Assembly: GCA_051382295.1 (NCBI GenBank)
Contig: JBBCAW010000004.1
Location: 75,053-139,052 of the forward strand
DNA from: Bdellovibrionota bacterium FG-1
GTDB lineage: Bacteria; Bdellovibrionota; UBA1018
Direction of reading: 5' to 3'
DNA length: 64,000 bases
A program made the position numbers and the translations under genes. Below are positions 43,771 to 53,623 of the stretch, in pieces. Each line of letters begins with the position of its first letter. Within the stretch, counting starts at the first letter, position 1. The notes under the pieces were generated by a model. It did not search any database. It saw only the letters and a list, made by a program, of their open reading frames with translations, and was not told the origin of the DNA.

Positions 43771-44124
43771 TTAGTAGCGACCGCGACCACCGCCGCCACC
43801 GCCGCCACCGAATCCACCACGGCCACCGCCGCCGCCACCGAATCCGCCACGGCCACCGCCGCCGCCTTCGCGAGGAGCCATTGGCTTAGCTTCATTGACA
43901 GTCATCGGGCGGCCATTGTAGTCAGCGCCGTTAAACTTGTTGATCGCATCTTGAGCTTCTGCTTCAGTAGACATTTCGACAAAGCCGAAACCCTTGCTGC
44001 GGCCGCTGTCGCGGTCCATGATGATCTTGGCTGATTCAACTTTTCCACATTGTGAAAAAGTATCCATGAGGATTTGATCAGTTGCGGAGAATGGCAGATT
44101 GCCGACGTATAGTTTCTTACCCAT
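43771..44124 (-). CDS. RRM RNA-binding protein with Gly-rich RGG tail
   Basis: LYVGNL (RNP2), SKGFGFVEM (RNP1), GGGGGGRGGF repeats. Confidence 0.93.
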   Translation of the reverse strand: MGKKLYVGNLPFSATDQILMDTFSQCGKVESAKIIMDRDSGRSKGFGFVEMSTEAEAQDAINKFNGADYNGRPMTVNEAKPMAPREGGGGGRGGFGGGGGGRGGFGGGGGGGGRGRY

Positions 44125-44295
44125 ATAACCTCCTAAAGGCTAGGGAGCTGCTCTAGAGGATATGTGGACACTATGCCCGCAGACTCGAAAGAAGCAAATT
44201 TAGACAACAGACGCACCTACTTTAGCATGAACGTTCTTCAATGGAAACAATTTTATTCTGGTAATATTGCCGCATTGCGTATAAGGTCACGTCCA

Positions 44296-45537
44296 ATGAT
44301 GACTGAATTCAAAAATCTTAATTTAATTGCACCGATATTGACCGCCATTCGTAATGAAGGATACCTCAAACCCACCCCCGTTCAGCAGTTGGCCATTCCT
44401 AGGGTTCTCGAACAAAGGGATCTTTTGGCTTGTGCCCAGACCGGTACCGGAAAAACCGCGGCCTTTGCTCTTCCCATTTTGCAGATTCTTACTGAACGAA
44501 ATCAAAAAGCGCTTTATCAATCCAGAACCCCTGAAATTCGGGTGCTTGTTTTAACGCCCACACGAGAACTTGCCTCGCAAATAGGCAAAAGCTTCACGGA
44601 TTATGGAAAAGAGCTCTCGCTGAGAAATACCGTGATCTTTGGGGGCGTAGGGCAAAATCCCCAGGTCGCCACGCTTCGGCGAGGGGTAGATATCTTGATT
44701 GCTACTCCGGGACGGTTGCTTGATCTGATTAACCAGCGACTCGTGCGTTTAGGTGCGATTGAGATTTTCGTCCTCGACGAGGCCGATCGTATGCTGGATA
44801 TGGGGTTTATTCATGATGTTCGAAGGATCATCGCCGTCATTCCAAAAAAACGCCAAACCCTGTTTTTTTCAGCGACGATGCCCCCTGAAATCGGCAAGTT
44901 GGCTCAGCAGATTCTCACGAATCCCGCACGGATCGAAGTGACTCCAGTGGCAACGACGGCCGAGTTGATTGAACAAGTGGTTTATCAGGTTGCCTCTAAC
45001 CAAAAGACCTCTTTGTTGAAGCATCTTTTAGGTAACCCGAGTGTGGAAAGAGCTCTTGTTTTTACGCGCACCAAGCGGGATGCTAATCGCGTGGCGGAGT
45101 CATTGACTGGAGCAGGCGTTTGCGCAGCCGCAATTCACGGCAATAAATCACAAGGTGCCCGCGAAAAAGCGTTGGATGGAATCAAGACTGGGCGTACTCG
45201 CGTGCTGGTTGCCACGGATATTGCTGCCCGCGGGATTGATATCGATCAAGTGACGCACGTTTTTAATTTCGATATTCCGAATGTTCCTGAAAGTTATGTT
45301 CATCGGATCGGAAGAACCGCGCGCGCTGGAAATTCCGGGCAGGCGATTTCGTTTTGTGCGCCCGAAGAGCGGGCGTTTATGAGCGACATTGAGCGTTTGA
45401 TCCGCAAACGTCCTCAATTGATGACCACTCCCGAAAATTTGATGCCTGAGAAAAAGCGGTCTCGCGGACCGCAATTTTCGGACCGGTCGCATTTTTCGCA
45501 AAGGTCACAAAGACAAAGGCCTAGATCAACCAGATGA
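44296..45537 (+). CDS. rhlE: DEAD-box RNA helicase (RhlE-like)
   Basis: [39 protein letters not shown]; probable start 44296 or 44299. Confidence 0.9.
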   Translation: MMTEFKNLNLIAPILTAIRNEGYLKPTPVQQLAIPRVLEQRDLLACAQTGTGKTAAFALPILQILTERNQKALYQSRTPEIRVLVLTPTRELASQIGKSFTDYGKELSLRNTVIFGGVGQNPQVATLRRGVDILIATPGRLLDLINQRLVRLGAIEIFVLDEADRMLDMGFIHDVRRIIAVIPKKRQTLFFSATMPPEIGKLAQQILTNPARIEVTPVATTAELIEQVVYQVASNQKTSLLKHLLGNPSVERALVFTRTKRDANRVAESLTGAGVCAAAIHGNKSQGAREKALDGIKTGRTRVLVATDIAARGIDIDQVTHVFNFDIPNVPESYVHRIGRTARAGNSGQAISFCAPEERAFMSDIERLIRKRPQLMTTPENLMPEKKRSRGPQFSDRSHFSQRSQRQRPRSTR

Positions 45538-47735
45538 ACTTTCGGTCTCACTTCATTGCGTTAGGCTTTGGAGTACTTTTGGCGGCTTCAGCTCGAATGC
45601 CGCTTGCCCTTTCAGCGCCATTTCCTGCGGGGGGTACTGAAGACGTTGTTTTTGGTTTGGACAACCCAACTTGGCCAGATTGGCTGAAGTGGTTTGAAGC
45701 CATGACCGAGGCTCGCGCAAAGACTTTGAAGGAGATTGAATTCAATTCTGAAATTTACGAATCTCCGGCGTCCCTTTGGAGCGACCAAGCCTATAGACAG
45801 TACAAGATCTTCATGTACGATCGTTCGTTCTTTCGTGAGGGAAGATATCGAACCAAGCAGTTAATCCAGGAAATTCGCGAGCGATTTGGGAAGGTGGATT
45901 CCGTCCTTCTTTGGCATGCCTATCCACAGATCGGATTTGATTCGCGGACCCAATTTGATTTCTATCGACAGATGCCGGGCGGGATCAAGGGACTGAAACG
46001 TGATGTCATCGATGTTTTTCACCGCGCGGGAATTCGGGTTTTCTTAAATTTCAATCCCTGGGCGGTGACCGACGGTCCTTTAGAAAGTGCTCATCGTGAG
46101 CTAGCCGAGGTCATCGGCGAGCTGGATGCGGACGGTGTGATGCTGGACACGATGGATGATGTGCCCGATAGCCTCCGAAAGGCCATCGATCAAAAGAAGT
46201 CTGGAGTGGTGCTCGCACCTGAACGGCGGATGCCGGATTCGGATTTGAGCTTTGCACGTCAGTCCTGGGCGCAGTGGTATGACCTTGGTGAGGGTAATCC
46301 GCCCTCTCTTTATCGCGAAAAATGGCTTGAACCTCGGCATATTCAGCTGACGATCCGACGTTGGGATCGTTCCCGCGCTGACGACATTATTTTTAGTTTT
46401 TTCAACGCTTCGGGGCTTTTGCTTTGGGAAAATATTTATGGCTCGTGGAATCCTTATACCCTCGAGGATCGTGCATTAGCGGCTGCAACCGGGGTTTTGC
46501 TCGGAGCCTATTCGGATATCTTGACTCGCGGGCGTTGGTTGCCATTGATCCCAACCGGCGTCAGTGGATTAGATGCAAATCGTTGGGAGTTGACCGATCC
46601 ACAACAAAATATTCTCCGGTCGATTACTTTGTTCAGAAACCGCACGGATCAGCCTTTAAGTTATTCAGTACCGCCGCACTCGGACGCTCAAACGAAGTAT
46701 TTTTATTTCTGGGGAAATACGGCCGGAACAGCGGCCTCAAAAACGATTGTTGTGGCGCCCCGCTCAACGCAGGCACTGGTGTTGGACTTTCCAAAAACCG
46801 CGCGCCTCGTTCTGAGTCAATTTGTGTCCGCCTCACGGCGAGCTCGAATGCCCGTTTCGGTACCTAAGGGCGAGCCGATCTTTGAGGAAGTGACTCCGGA
46901 GCCGTGGAGTCCAAAACCGCTGCCACGGCCCTCGATCGTGAGTCGGCGGGAGCTGCCTGCCCGAGGAATGGCGGAGATCCCGGGCGGACCCTTTACAATG
47001 ACCATTGAGCACGCCAAGCGTGAAGAGGGCTGTTATCCTTGGGGAGCGAATCGCGATGCTCAATGGGGATGGTACTATGAAGATTTAGTAAAACATCAAT
47101 TCACAAACGAGCTGAAGCCGTTCGGGATGAAGCTCACGACTGTGACCAATGCCGAGTATTTAGAGTTTGTTCGTAAGAGCGGATATCGTCCTCGAAATCC
47201 AAAACGTTTCTTGCAACAAATCCCGAGGGATCCGAATGGAAATTTGTCTCAGCGTCTTTCGGATGAAGTCGGGGGGCTTCCGGTTACCTATGTGAGTCTT
47301 GCCGATGCCCGTGCGTACGCGCATTGGAAGGGGGAGCGACTTCCGACTGAGGCGGAGTGGCAGTGGGCCGCCGAAGGGGCTGGAGCAGGCTATCGCTGGC
47401 CTTGGGGCAATGATGATGCATTACGGACCTCCGAAAGGGTCAATTTGAGCGGCCAATTGATGCCTGCTAGAAGTAATGTGGCCGGTGCATCCCCGCAGGG
47501 GTTGCTGAATCTCACGGGCAATGTTTGGGAGTTGACGGAGAGTGAGTGGACCGACGGTCATACTCATTACTTGATGCTTCGGGGCGGAGTGTTTTTGACT
47601 CCCGCGCCGAGTGAGTGGGTGATTCCGCGAGGGCCGCGCCCCAATCAGTTTCACGCCAAGTATCTCATGATGAGTGATGATTTGGATCGAAGTGAGGCGA
47701 TTGGGTTTAGAACTATGGTTGATTCGCATGAATAA
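45534..47735 (+). CDS. Secreted protein: N-terminal glycoside-hydrolase-like domain plus FGE-sulfatase (SUMF1) domain
   Basis: Signal peptide; [41 protein letters not shown]. The GH-like call for the N-terminal half is tentative. Confidence 0.75.
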   Translation: MNFRSHFIALGFGVLLAASARMPLALSAPFPAGGTEDVVFGLDNPTWPDWLKWFEAMTEARAKTLKEIEFNSEIYESPASLWSDQAYRQYKIFMYDRSFFREGRYRTKQLIQEIRERFGKVDSVLLWHAYPQIGFDSRTQFDFYRQMPGGIKGLKRDVIDVFHRAGIRVFLNFNPWAVTDGPLESAHRELAEVIGELDADGVMLDTMDDVPDSLRKAIDQKKSGVVLAPERRMPDSDLSFARQSWAQWYDLGEGNPPSLYREKWLEPRHIQLTIRRWDRSRADDIIFSFFNASGLLLWENIYGSWNPYTLEDRALAAATGVLLGAYSDILTRGRWLPLIPTGVSGLDANRWELTDPQQNILRSITLFRNRTDQPLSYSVPPHSDAQTKYFYFWGNTAGTAASKTIVVAPRSTQALVLDFPKTARLVLSQFVSASRRARMPVSVPKGEPIFEEVTPEPWSPKPLPRPSIVSRRELPARGMAEIPGGPFTMTIEHAKREEGCYPWGANRDAQWGWYYEDLVKHQFTNELKPFGMKLTTVTNAEYLEFVRKSGYRPRNPKRFLQQIPRDPNGNLSQRLSDEVGGLPVTYVSLADARAYAHWKGERLPTEAEWQWAAEGAGAGYRWPWGNDDALRTSERVNLSGQLMPARSNVAGASPQGLLNLTGNVWELTESEWTDGHTHYLMLRGGVFLTPAPSEWVIPRGPRPNQFHAKYLMMSDDLDRSEAIGFRTMVDSHE

Positions 47736-47771
47736 TTTTAAGCCACCCGTAGGATCATTGCTCGAGCTAAT

Positions 47772-49235
47772 TTATCGTAACCACTCACCTAGCAGCGAAC
47801 TGAATTTTTCGCGCGCTTCTTGATATCCAGGCAAATCGGTTTTTGTGCCTAAGTCGTCACAATGGGCGCCGCCCTCGATCACATAAGTCGAAAGGTGAGG
47901 GTTCGTATTATTGCCCAATTCGGGAGTGATGGATATCTTGGACCAGGGATCGGTTGAGCCGTTGGTGAAAAGGATCCGCGTGGTCGACTCGTTGAGGAAT
48001 GGCTCATAATACCGTTTGTTCAATGCGTCCACGCTCACCGGACCGAGATGAAACAGGCGTTGGCAAGCATCAAAATGATATTGAAGACTGATCAACGAAG
48101 AACGAACCGAAATCGCTGGGTCGTGATAGGCCACTTGAAAAAATCCGAATTCGCGACAGGATTGGTAAAGCCATTGCCTCATCCCTAGGCCGTGATCGAA
48201 GAGCGATACGTCTTCGGATTCCGCTCCTTGGAGCGAGTCTTGTTCGGCGGTGATTCCAAACCAAGCGAACATTTTTTTGCCCACGGTAGCATAGCTGGTA
48301 AGAGGGTCGGCCCCTTGGAGGGCGGTGCAAAATTCATCGCGATGGCCGTATTGGATGGCGATCGCGGCCATGTCGGCAATCACATAAAGAAAGTCGACCG
48401 AATCGCGGACGCTGCTCGCATCAAAGAGCGCCTTGATTTTGGCGAGTTGATCGGGTTGATCCAGGACGCTCTCTACTTGCTTGACCACCCGGCGCATCGT
48501 GGCCGCGCATTCGGGGCCTGCCACGGTCGCGACGTCCAGATCGTAGTCTTCGAAGGCAGCTTTGGCATGCACGGGCGCGGACGAAGCCAATGCGCCAGAA
48601 ACGAGCTTCGGGAAAGATTCGCGGTAATAGGCCGATAAACTGCCGGGATAAGAGCCGCCCATCGAAACCCATTTGCCCTTGAGACCCAGTCGGTCCATGG
48701 CAAAACGTTGAAAGCTTGCGAGATCCGAAAGTGCGTTTTCGATCGTGAGGTATTTCATGTGTGCGGCGCTGAGGTCGCCGAAGGGTTGGCTTTTGCCATA
48801 GTAGCGGTGTTCGAGGGCCACCATATGGGCGCCGTATTTTTGGGCTTGGTCGACAATTTCACCATATAAATCCGAGGCATCGCACTGGCTTTCGCCGCAA
48901 ACATAGTACAAAACCGGAGAATTTTCGCCGCTCGCGAAGCGTGAGTTTATAAAGTAACGTTGTTTAAACCGCGTAGGATCGGTCGGGTCGTTGGGGTTGA
49001 GAAGCTGATCAAAGATGCCGGAAGTCGCTTGAGGCTCGGGGGCGTCGCTCCCGATGAGACTTTGAGGCAAAAAGGAAGGTCTCAGCCATTCAAGCCAATT
49101 TATGGGGGCTTGTGTCTCGTGAGCTTTGAGCGAGTGATTGTAATAGTAGGTTTTGGGGTCGGCAAAGGCGGTTCCACTGGCGAGAATCAGTGATCCTGTG
49201 AGGTATCCCAGACAGAGTAGCGTTAACTTTTTCAT
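47772..49235 (-). CDS. Secreted S28-family serine peptidase
   Basis: FKQRY, ALEHRYYGKSQPF, ALSDLA.F, GGSYPG, ASSAPV, NGSTDPW, AHCDDL. Confidence 0.9.
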   Translation of the reverse strand: MKKLTLLCLGYLTGSLILASGTAFADPKTYYYNHSLKAHETQAPINWLEWLRPSFLPQSLIGSDAPEPQATSGIFDQLLNPNDPTDPTRFKQRYFINSRFASGENSPVLYYVCGESQCDASDLYGEIVDQAQKYGAHMVALEHRYYGKSQPFGDLSAAHMKYLTIENALSDLASFQRFAMDRLGLKGKWVSMGGSYPGSLSAYYRESFPKLVSGALASSAPVHAKAAFEDYDLDVATVAGPECAATMRRVVKQVESVLDQPDQLAKIKALFDASSVRDSVDFLYVIADMAAIAIQYGHRDEFCTALQGADPLTSYATVGKKMFAWFGITAEQDSLQGAESEDVSLFDHGLGMRQWLYQSCREFGFFQVAYHDPAISVRSSLISLQYHFDACQRLFHLGPVSVDALNKRYYEPFLNESTTRILFTNGSTDPWSKISITPELGNNTNPHLSTYVIEGGAHCDDLGTKTDLPGYQEAREKFSSLLGEWLR

Positions 49236-49392
49236 CGTCTTCTTCCCTTATTGACAGGGGGTTGTTTATCGCAGTGCGCAACTTTAGGCAAATTTTGGTT
49301 TAGCTTTTTTTATATATAAAATTTATTAATTATTTTAAATGGTTGCGGTTTATATCGGTACTCGATATATCGGTTGACATAGTAGTCTATAG

Positions 49393-49410
49393 GTTGAAGA
49401 TTACCATTAG
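49393..49410 (+). pseudogene. 3'-terminal scar of a HigB toxin gene (VEDYH*)
   Basis: GTT GAA GAT TAC CAT TAG, 8 bp before higA; many HigB toxins end in DYH. Confidence 0.45.
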
Positions 49411-49418
49411 GAGTGACC

Positions 49419-49703
49419 ATGTTACCCAAAAACAGACCACCCGTTCATCCGGGAGAAATATTGGCCGAAGATTTTTTAAAGCCCATGAAAATTTCTCAGC
49501 TGAGGTTTGCCGCTCACCTTGGTTGGCCCTACGCGAGAGTGAATGAAATCATTAACGGAAAGCGTGGCATTACACCCGAAACCGCTCTCGCTTTTGCGGA
49601 TGTGTTTGGTACTACACCGGATTTATGGCTCAATCTTCAACAAAACTATGAACTTTGGTATGCCCAACAGAAGCATAAAAAATTTACGCAGATCGCCAGT
49701 TAA
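49419..49703 (+). CDS. higA: HigA-family antitoxin (orphan)
   Basis: PVHPGEILAEDFL, RVNEIINGKRGITPETAL, FGTTPDLWLNLQ; GGAG RBS. Confidence 0.92.
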   Translation: MLPKNRPPVHPGEILAEDFLKPMKISQLRFAAHLGWPYARVNEIINGKRGITPETALAFADVFGTTPDLWLNLQQNYELWYAQQKHKKFTQIAS

Positions 49704-51082
49704 ACCTTCAGCCGCCCCACCGCTTGATTTGCCTCAGTAAAATGCCCCAAGCATTGATCCAGTTTGCGATTCATTTGGTCTAGGCCCTGCAAAAAACGTC
49801 GGCTGATCTCGGTCGAGGCGGTCAGGGATGTTTTGCCTTCGGCAATCAGGCTTTGCATGCTTTCAATGTGGGTATTGAAGGAGGTCGTGCCACCATCCAG
49901 AAAGGCGAGTTCGATTCTTCCTCGTTGCCGAATGACTTCGAGGCCATTGATCAATTTAATCATTTCGTTCGCTTCACGCGATAACCCTCGCAACACGTCC
50001 AAAAGGCTCTGAACGCTGACCTTGACGGTATCTGAGAAGGTTCTGGCTACGCCCAGTAAACAAAGAAAATTATCTTGCAGCTCTCGCAATTTTTGGGGGT
50101 CTCGCTGGACCTCGGGTGGTTTTCGCAAGAATTCCAAAATGAGAAACGTCACCATTTCAGTCTGAAGTCGTGCGGCACCGATGTCGAACTCCGCGGCGTG
50201 GATGGCTGAACTTAAACGACTCAGCGAGGATTCAAAGCCCCCTACGCCATTTTGCACCTGCACGGCCATTTCCTGAAATCCTTCAGCCACTCGCCCCATG
50301 GTGATCGCCGAGCTGCCACTCTGTTCGGCGGCGGCGGACATATTGATGACCAGAAAGTGAACGCTTTTGAAAGATTTGAGGACCGAAGAAATATGGGTGG
50401 TCAGATCCTTGGCCAGCGCCATAAATCCGCCGAGTGAGTTAAAAATGTTCGTGTAACTTTCCGAGGCACGTAGGCAAGTTTCGCTAATGCGAAAGAGCGC
50501 GGGATCAAGAAGCGCCTGGCTAACGTCAAGCTGTGAGTGATTTTCGCCACGAGTGGCGAGGATCCCCGCTTCTTTGGCGCAGAGTTCTGCCCCGACGGCT
50601 GCGGTCATGAAGGAAGGGTAATCATTAAAGCCCGCTTTTTTTATACCTTCAAGAAGCACGCGGGTTCCGCCCTCAACTCCCTGGGTCTTTTCAGCCTTGA
50701 GGGCCTCTCCGTAAATCTGTTTGGTTGCTTCGAACAAGGGGGTGGAAGGTTTGATCCGAATCGAAACATAGCCGTCTTTGATCGGAAAAACCCCCGCAAA
50801 AACCCAATAATAGCGACCATCAGCAGCCATGTTTTTGACGTAGGCGCAAAGAGGCTTCCCTGTCTGAATCGTTTGCCACAGCAGTGCAAAAACAGCCTTG
50901 GGCATGTCCGGGTGACGGATAATGTTATGGGGTTGTCCCATGAGGTTTTCGGCGGGGTGACCGCTCACCCGAACAAAAACGTCGTTTCCGCTCTCGATGA
51001 TGCCGCGTAGATCGGTCCTAGAAAAAAATAATTCGTCGATTTCAAAAGGAGACGGCGCGTCGATAGGTTGAGGTCTCTTCAT
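49700..51082 (-). CDS. Aer-type PAS sensor with soluble, degenerate MCP-like helical domain
   Basis: SRTDLRGII...N..FVRVSG, GQPHNIIRHPDMP, VKN.AADG.YYWV; no TM; degenerate hairpin FLVINMSAAAEQSG. Confidence 0.75.
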   Translation of the reverse strand: MKRPQPIDAPSPFEIDELFFSRTDLRGIIESGNDVFVRVSGHPAENLMGQPHNIIRHPDMPKAVFALLWQTIQTGKPLCAYVKNMAADGRYYWVFAGVFPIKDGYVSIRIKPSTPLFEATKQIYGEALKAEKTQGVEGGTRVLLEGIKKAGFNDYPSFMTAAVGAELCAKEAGILATRGENHSQLDVSQALLDPALFRISETCLRASESYTNIFNSLGGFMALAKDLTTHISSVLKSFKSVHFLVINMSAAAEQSGSSAITMGRVAEGFQEMAVQVQNGVGGFESSLSRLSSAIHAAEFDIGAARLQTEMVTFLILEFLRKPPEVQRDPQKLRELQDNFLCLLGVARTFSDTVKVSVQSLLDVLRGLSREANEMIKLINGLEVIRQRGRIELAFLDGGTTSFNTHIESMQSLIAEGKTSLTASTEISRRFLQGLDQMNRKLDQCLGHFTEANQAVGRLKV

Positions 51083-51166
51083 GGTTGGTTAAGGGTAACA
51101 TATAAAATTTGGGCGGATCAAGGACCCTCTTGACGGGGAGCTCTCATTCAGGGCAGTTTGACCGTT

Positions 51167-52216
51167 ATGTCGAAGATCCATGGCATTACGTTTGATGACG
51201 TCCTTTTGATTCCCTCTTATAACCATTACGAATCACGTCGATTAGTCGATATTTCGGTAGCTGATAAAAGCGGAAAGCTCAAGCTTGAGTTGCCTGTCAT
51301 GACCTCGAATATGGATACCGTCACCGAGAGCAATATGGCTAATTTCATCGGCGAAAAGGGCGGAATCGGGGTTTTGCATCGATTTATGTCGATTGAGCGC
51401 AATGTTGAGGAGTTCAAGGCTTGTCGGTTCCCAACCTTTGTTTCGCTCGGGACTTCTGAAAAGGATTTTGAGCGGGCGGCCGCGCTTCGGGATGCGGGTG
51501 CTTCACTTTTCTGTATTGATGTTGCGCATGGTCATGCCAAGTATGTGGGAAAGACGCTCAAGCGCCTTCGCGAAATGTTGCCCAATGCCTGTTTCATGGC
51601 TGGAAACGTCGCTACTTACGCGGGCGCGGACTTTTTGGCCTCCTGTGGCGCCGATATCCTCAAGGTGGGGATTGGGGGGGGCTCCGTGTGCAGCACCCGG
51701 ATCAAAACCGGATTTGGCGTTCCGATGCTGACTTCGATTCAGGAGTGCGCTCGAGTGGATCGTTCTATTATTGCAGATGGCGGAATTCGCACTTCCGGTG
51801 ACATCGTGAAGGCACTCGCCTTTGGTGCAGATTTTGTCATGCTCGGGGGGATGCTTTCGGGGACTCGGCCTACCCCCGGAGTCGTGATCAATCGCGAAGG
51901 ACGTTTAGTGAAGGAATATCGCGGAATGGCGTCGCGCGAGGCTCAAGAAGACTTTATGGGCGGAATGCCCGAATGGAAAACGGCTGAAGGCGTGGCTACC
52001 TATGTTCCTTATCGGGAAGACGAAGAGGCCATTATCGCGGATATTGTGGGGGGACTGCGCTCGGGCCTGACCTACGGCGGGTCGGCGACGATTCGTGAGT
52101 TGCAGCGTAAACTGAATTATATGGAGGTCTCAAATGCTTCACGGATTGAGAGCCTTCCCCATAAGACGTTGGCTCCTCTTGAGTCTGGTGCTCCATCTCC
52201 TGGCCGCATGGTTTAG
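51167..52216 (+). CDS. IMP dehydrogenase / GMP reductase family protein (no CBS domains)
   Basis: TFDDVLLIP, MDTVTE, IDVAHGH, KVGIGGGSVCSTR, IIADGGIR, YRGMAS, AEGV. GuaB versus GuaC is not resolved. Confidence 0.9.
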   Translation: MSKIHGITFDDVLLIPSYNHYESRRLVDISVADKSGKLKLELPVMTSNMDTVTESNMANFIGEKGGIGVLHRFMSIERNVEEFKACRFPTFVSLGTSEKDFERAAALRDAGASLFCIDVAHGHAKYVGKTLKRLREMLPNACFMAGNVATYAGADFLASCGADILKVGIGGGSVCSTRIKTGFGVPMLTSIQECARVDRSIIADGGIRTSGDIVKALAFGADFVMLGGMLSGTRPTPGVVINREGRLVKEYRGMASREAQEDFMGGMPEWKTAEGVATYVPYREDEEAIIADIVGGLRSGLTYGGSATIRELQRKLNYMEVSNASRIESLPHKTLAPLESGAPSPGRMV

Positions 52217-53618
52217 TGTCGGTTTTTACGATCTCGATGAGCATTTTCAGACTCTCGAATTTTTAAGTCATCACCTCGGGTGGGCTACTGCCGCGGATCT
52301 TCCGTGGGAATTTTCCGCCCAACAGCGACCTTGGATTCAACCGCTTTTGTACGCTGCGATTGCAAAAGGCTGGATGTTTTTTGGGGTCACACGGCCTGCT
52401 TGGTGGGCTGCCAGTTTTCGCGCCGTATCGGCCCTTTTGGGTTGGTTGGCAACCTCGATCCTATCGGTAGGCGTATTTTCTTGGTTTGATAATGACCGGG
52501 CGAGAAAGATGACGCTTTGGCTTTTAGCATTGCTTTGGTTTTTGCCCTATTTTCACGCGCGAACCTCATCCGAAAGTTTTTCGAGCTCATTGTTTTTTAT
52601 TGGCGCGGGGCTGCTGGCTTTAGGCCTAGAGAGCGGTTCTCTGAGTTTCGGTTGGGGTGGGGTAGTGGGTTTTTTACTTGGGCTTGCCGGTTATGCCCGT
52701 TACCAAATTGGGCCCATGCACGTGGGCTTACTCCTTTGGTGTGTTTTTGTCGCAAGAGTCAAGATGCGCGGGATGTTGGCCATGGGGTTCGGCGCATTCC
52801 TGGCGATGGCGGTGGGCTTGGCGGCGGACCGGATTGGTTATGGGTTTTGGACTTTTTCGCCGTGGAATCACCTCTACGTCAATGTCATTCAAGGATACGC
52901 GGCTCAGCAGTTTGGAGCGCAGTCGTGGTGGTTTTATCTCTATTTCGTCGGTGAATATCTGGCGATTTTGAGCGGCGCGGTTGGCCTAGCGGTCATTTTG
53001 GGTTGGCTCATTCGACCTTGGCATTGGCTGACTTGGGTCACCTTGCCATTTTTTCTGGCTCTTTGCGGGGTAGAGCATAAAGAGTTGAGATTTTTGTTTC
53101 CCATGATGACGGCCGTGCCGGTGTTGATCGGATTTACTTTGGATTGGTTCAGTCGTCATTTGCCTCGGATTCGAGTGATTTCTGGATTGGGATGGCTGTT
53201 TTTCAGCTTCAATCTTGCCGTTTTGCTAGTGGCGACCTTGAAGCCGTCTTCGTCCCAACCCTTGCTTTATGACTATGTTTACCGAAAATGGCCTGAACTC
53301 AACGAGCTTCATTATCTGGTTAGCGATCCCTTTAATGTCGCCGGCGGAAAGGTGCGGTTTTATCGTCACCCCGGGGTGCGTGAGGTTAAGGAGCCAGGCT
53401 GGGGAGGCTTGACTCAAACGCTGAGCGCTCGAAAAAGCGCCTTATGGCTTTTCTATGAGTATTACGAATTGCCAGTTGAAGCAGGTCCACTGAGAGGCGT
53501 TTGCCAGTTTGAGTTTTCCGTCTTTCCGGAGTGGCTCAAGGCGTTTCGATTCATTCCCGGCATCCGAAATTCGGCGAGCCAGTGGTCGATTTTTCGATGT
53601 GAAAGTGGGCGGGGATAG
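52134..53618 (+). CDS. GT-C membrane glycosyltransferase (PIG-B/Alg9, GT22-like)
   Basis: DEHFQTLE, LPWEF, HKELRFLFP motifs; many TM helices; overlaps the upstream gene by 83 bp. Confidence 0.8.
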   Translation: MLHGLRAFPIRRWLLLSLVLHLLAAWFSVGFYDLDEHFQTLEFLSHHLGWATAADLPWEFSAQQRPWIQPLLYAAIAKGWMFFGVTRPAWWAASFRAVSALLGWLATSILSVGVFSWFDNDRARKMTLWLLALLWFLPYFHARTSSESFSSSLFFIGAGLLALGLESGSLSFGWGGVVGFLLGLAGYARYQIGPMHVGLLLWCVFVARVKMRGMLAMGFGAFLAMAVGLAADRIGYGFWTFSPWNHLYVNVIQGYAAQQFGAQSWWFYLYFVGEYLAILSGAVGLAVILGWLIRPWHWLTWVTLPFFLALCGVEHKELRFLFPMMTAVPVLIGFTLDWFSRHLPRIRVISGLGWLFFSFNLAVLLVATLKPSSSQPLLYDYVYRKWPELNELHYLVSDPFNVAGGKVRFYRHPGVREVKEPGWGGLTQTLSARKSALWLFYEYYELPVEAGPLRGVCQFEFSVFPEWLKAFRFIPGIRNSASQWSIFRCESGRG

Positions 53619-53623
53619 TCTTC

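Noticed and set aside
43779..43866. GC-rich tandem repeat
   Set aside because: Encodes the ordinary Gly/RGG tail of the RRM protein.
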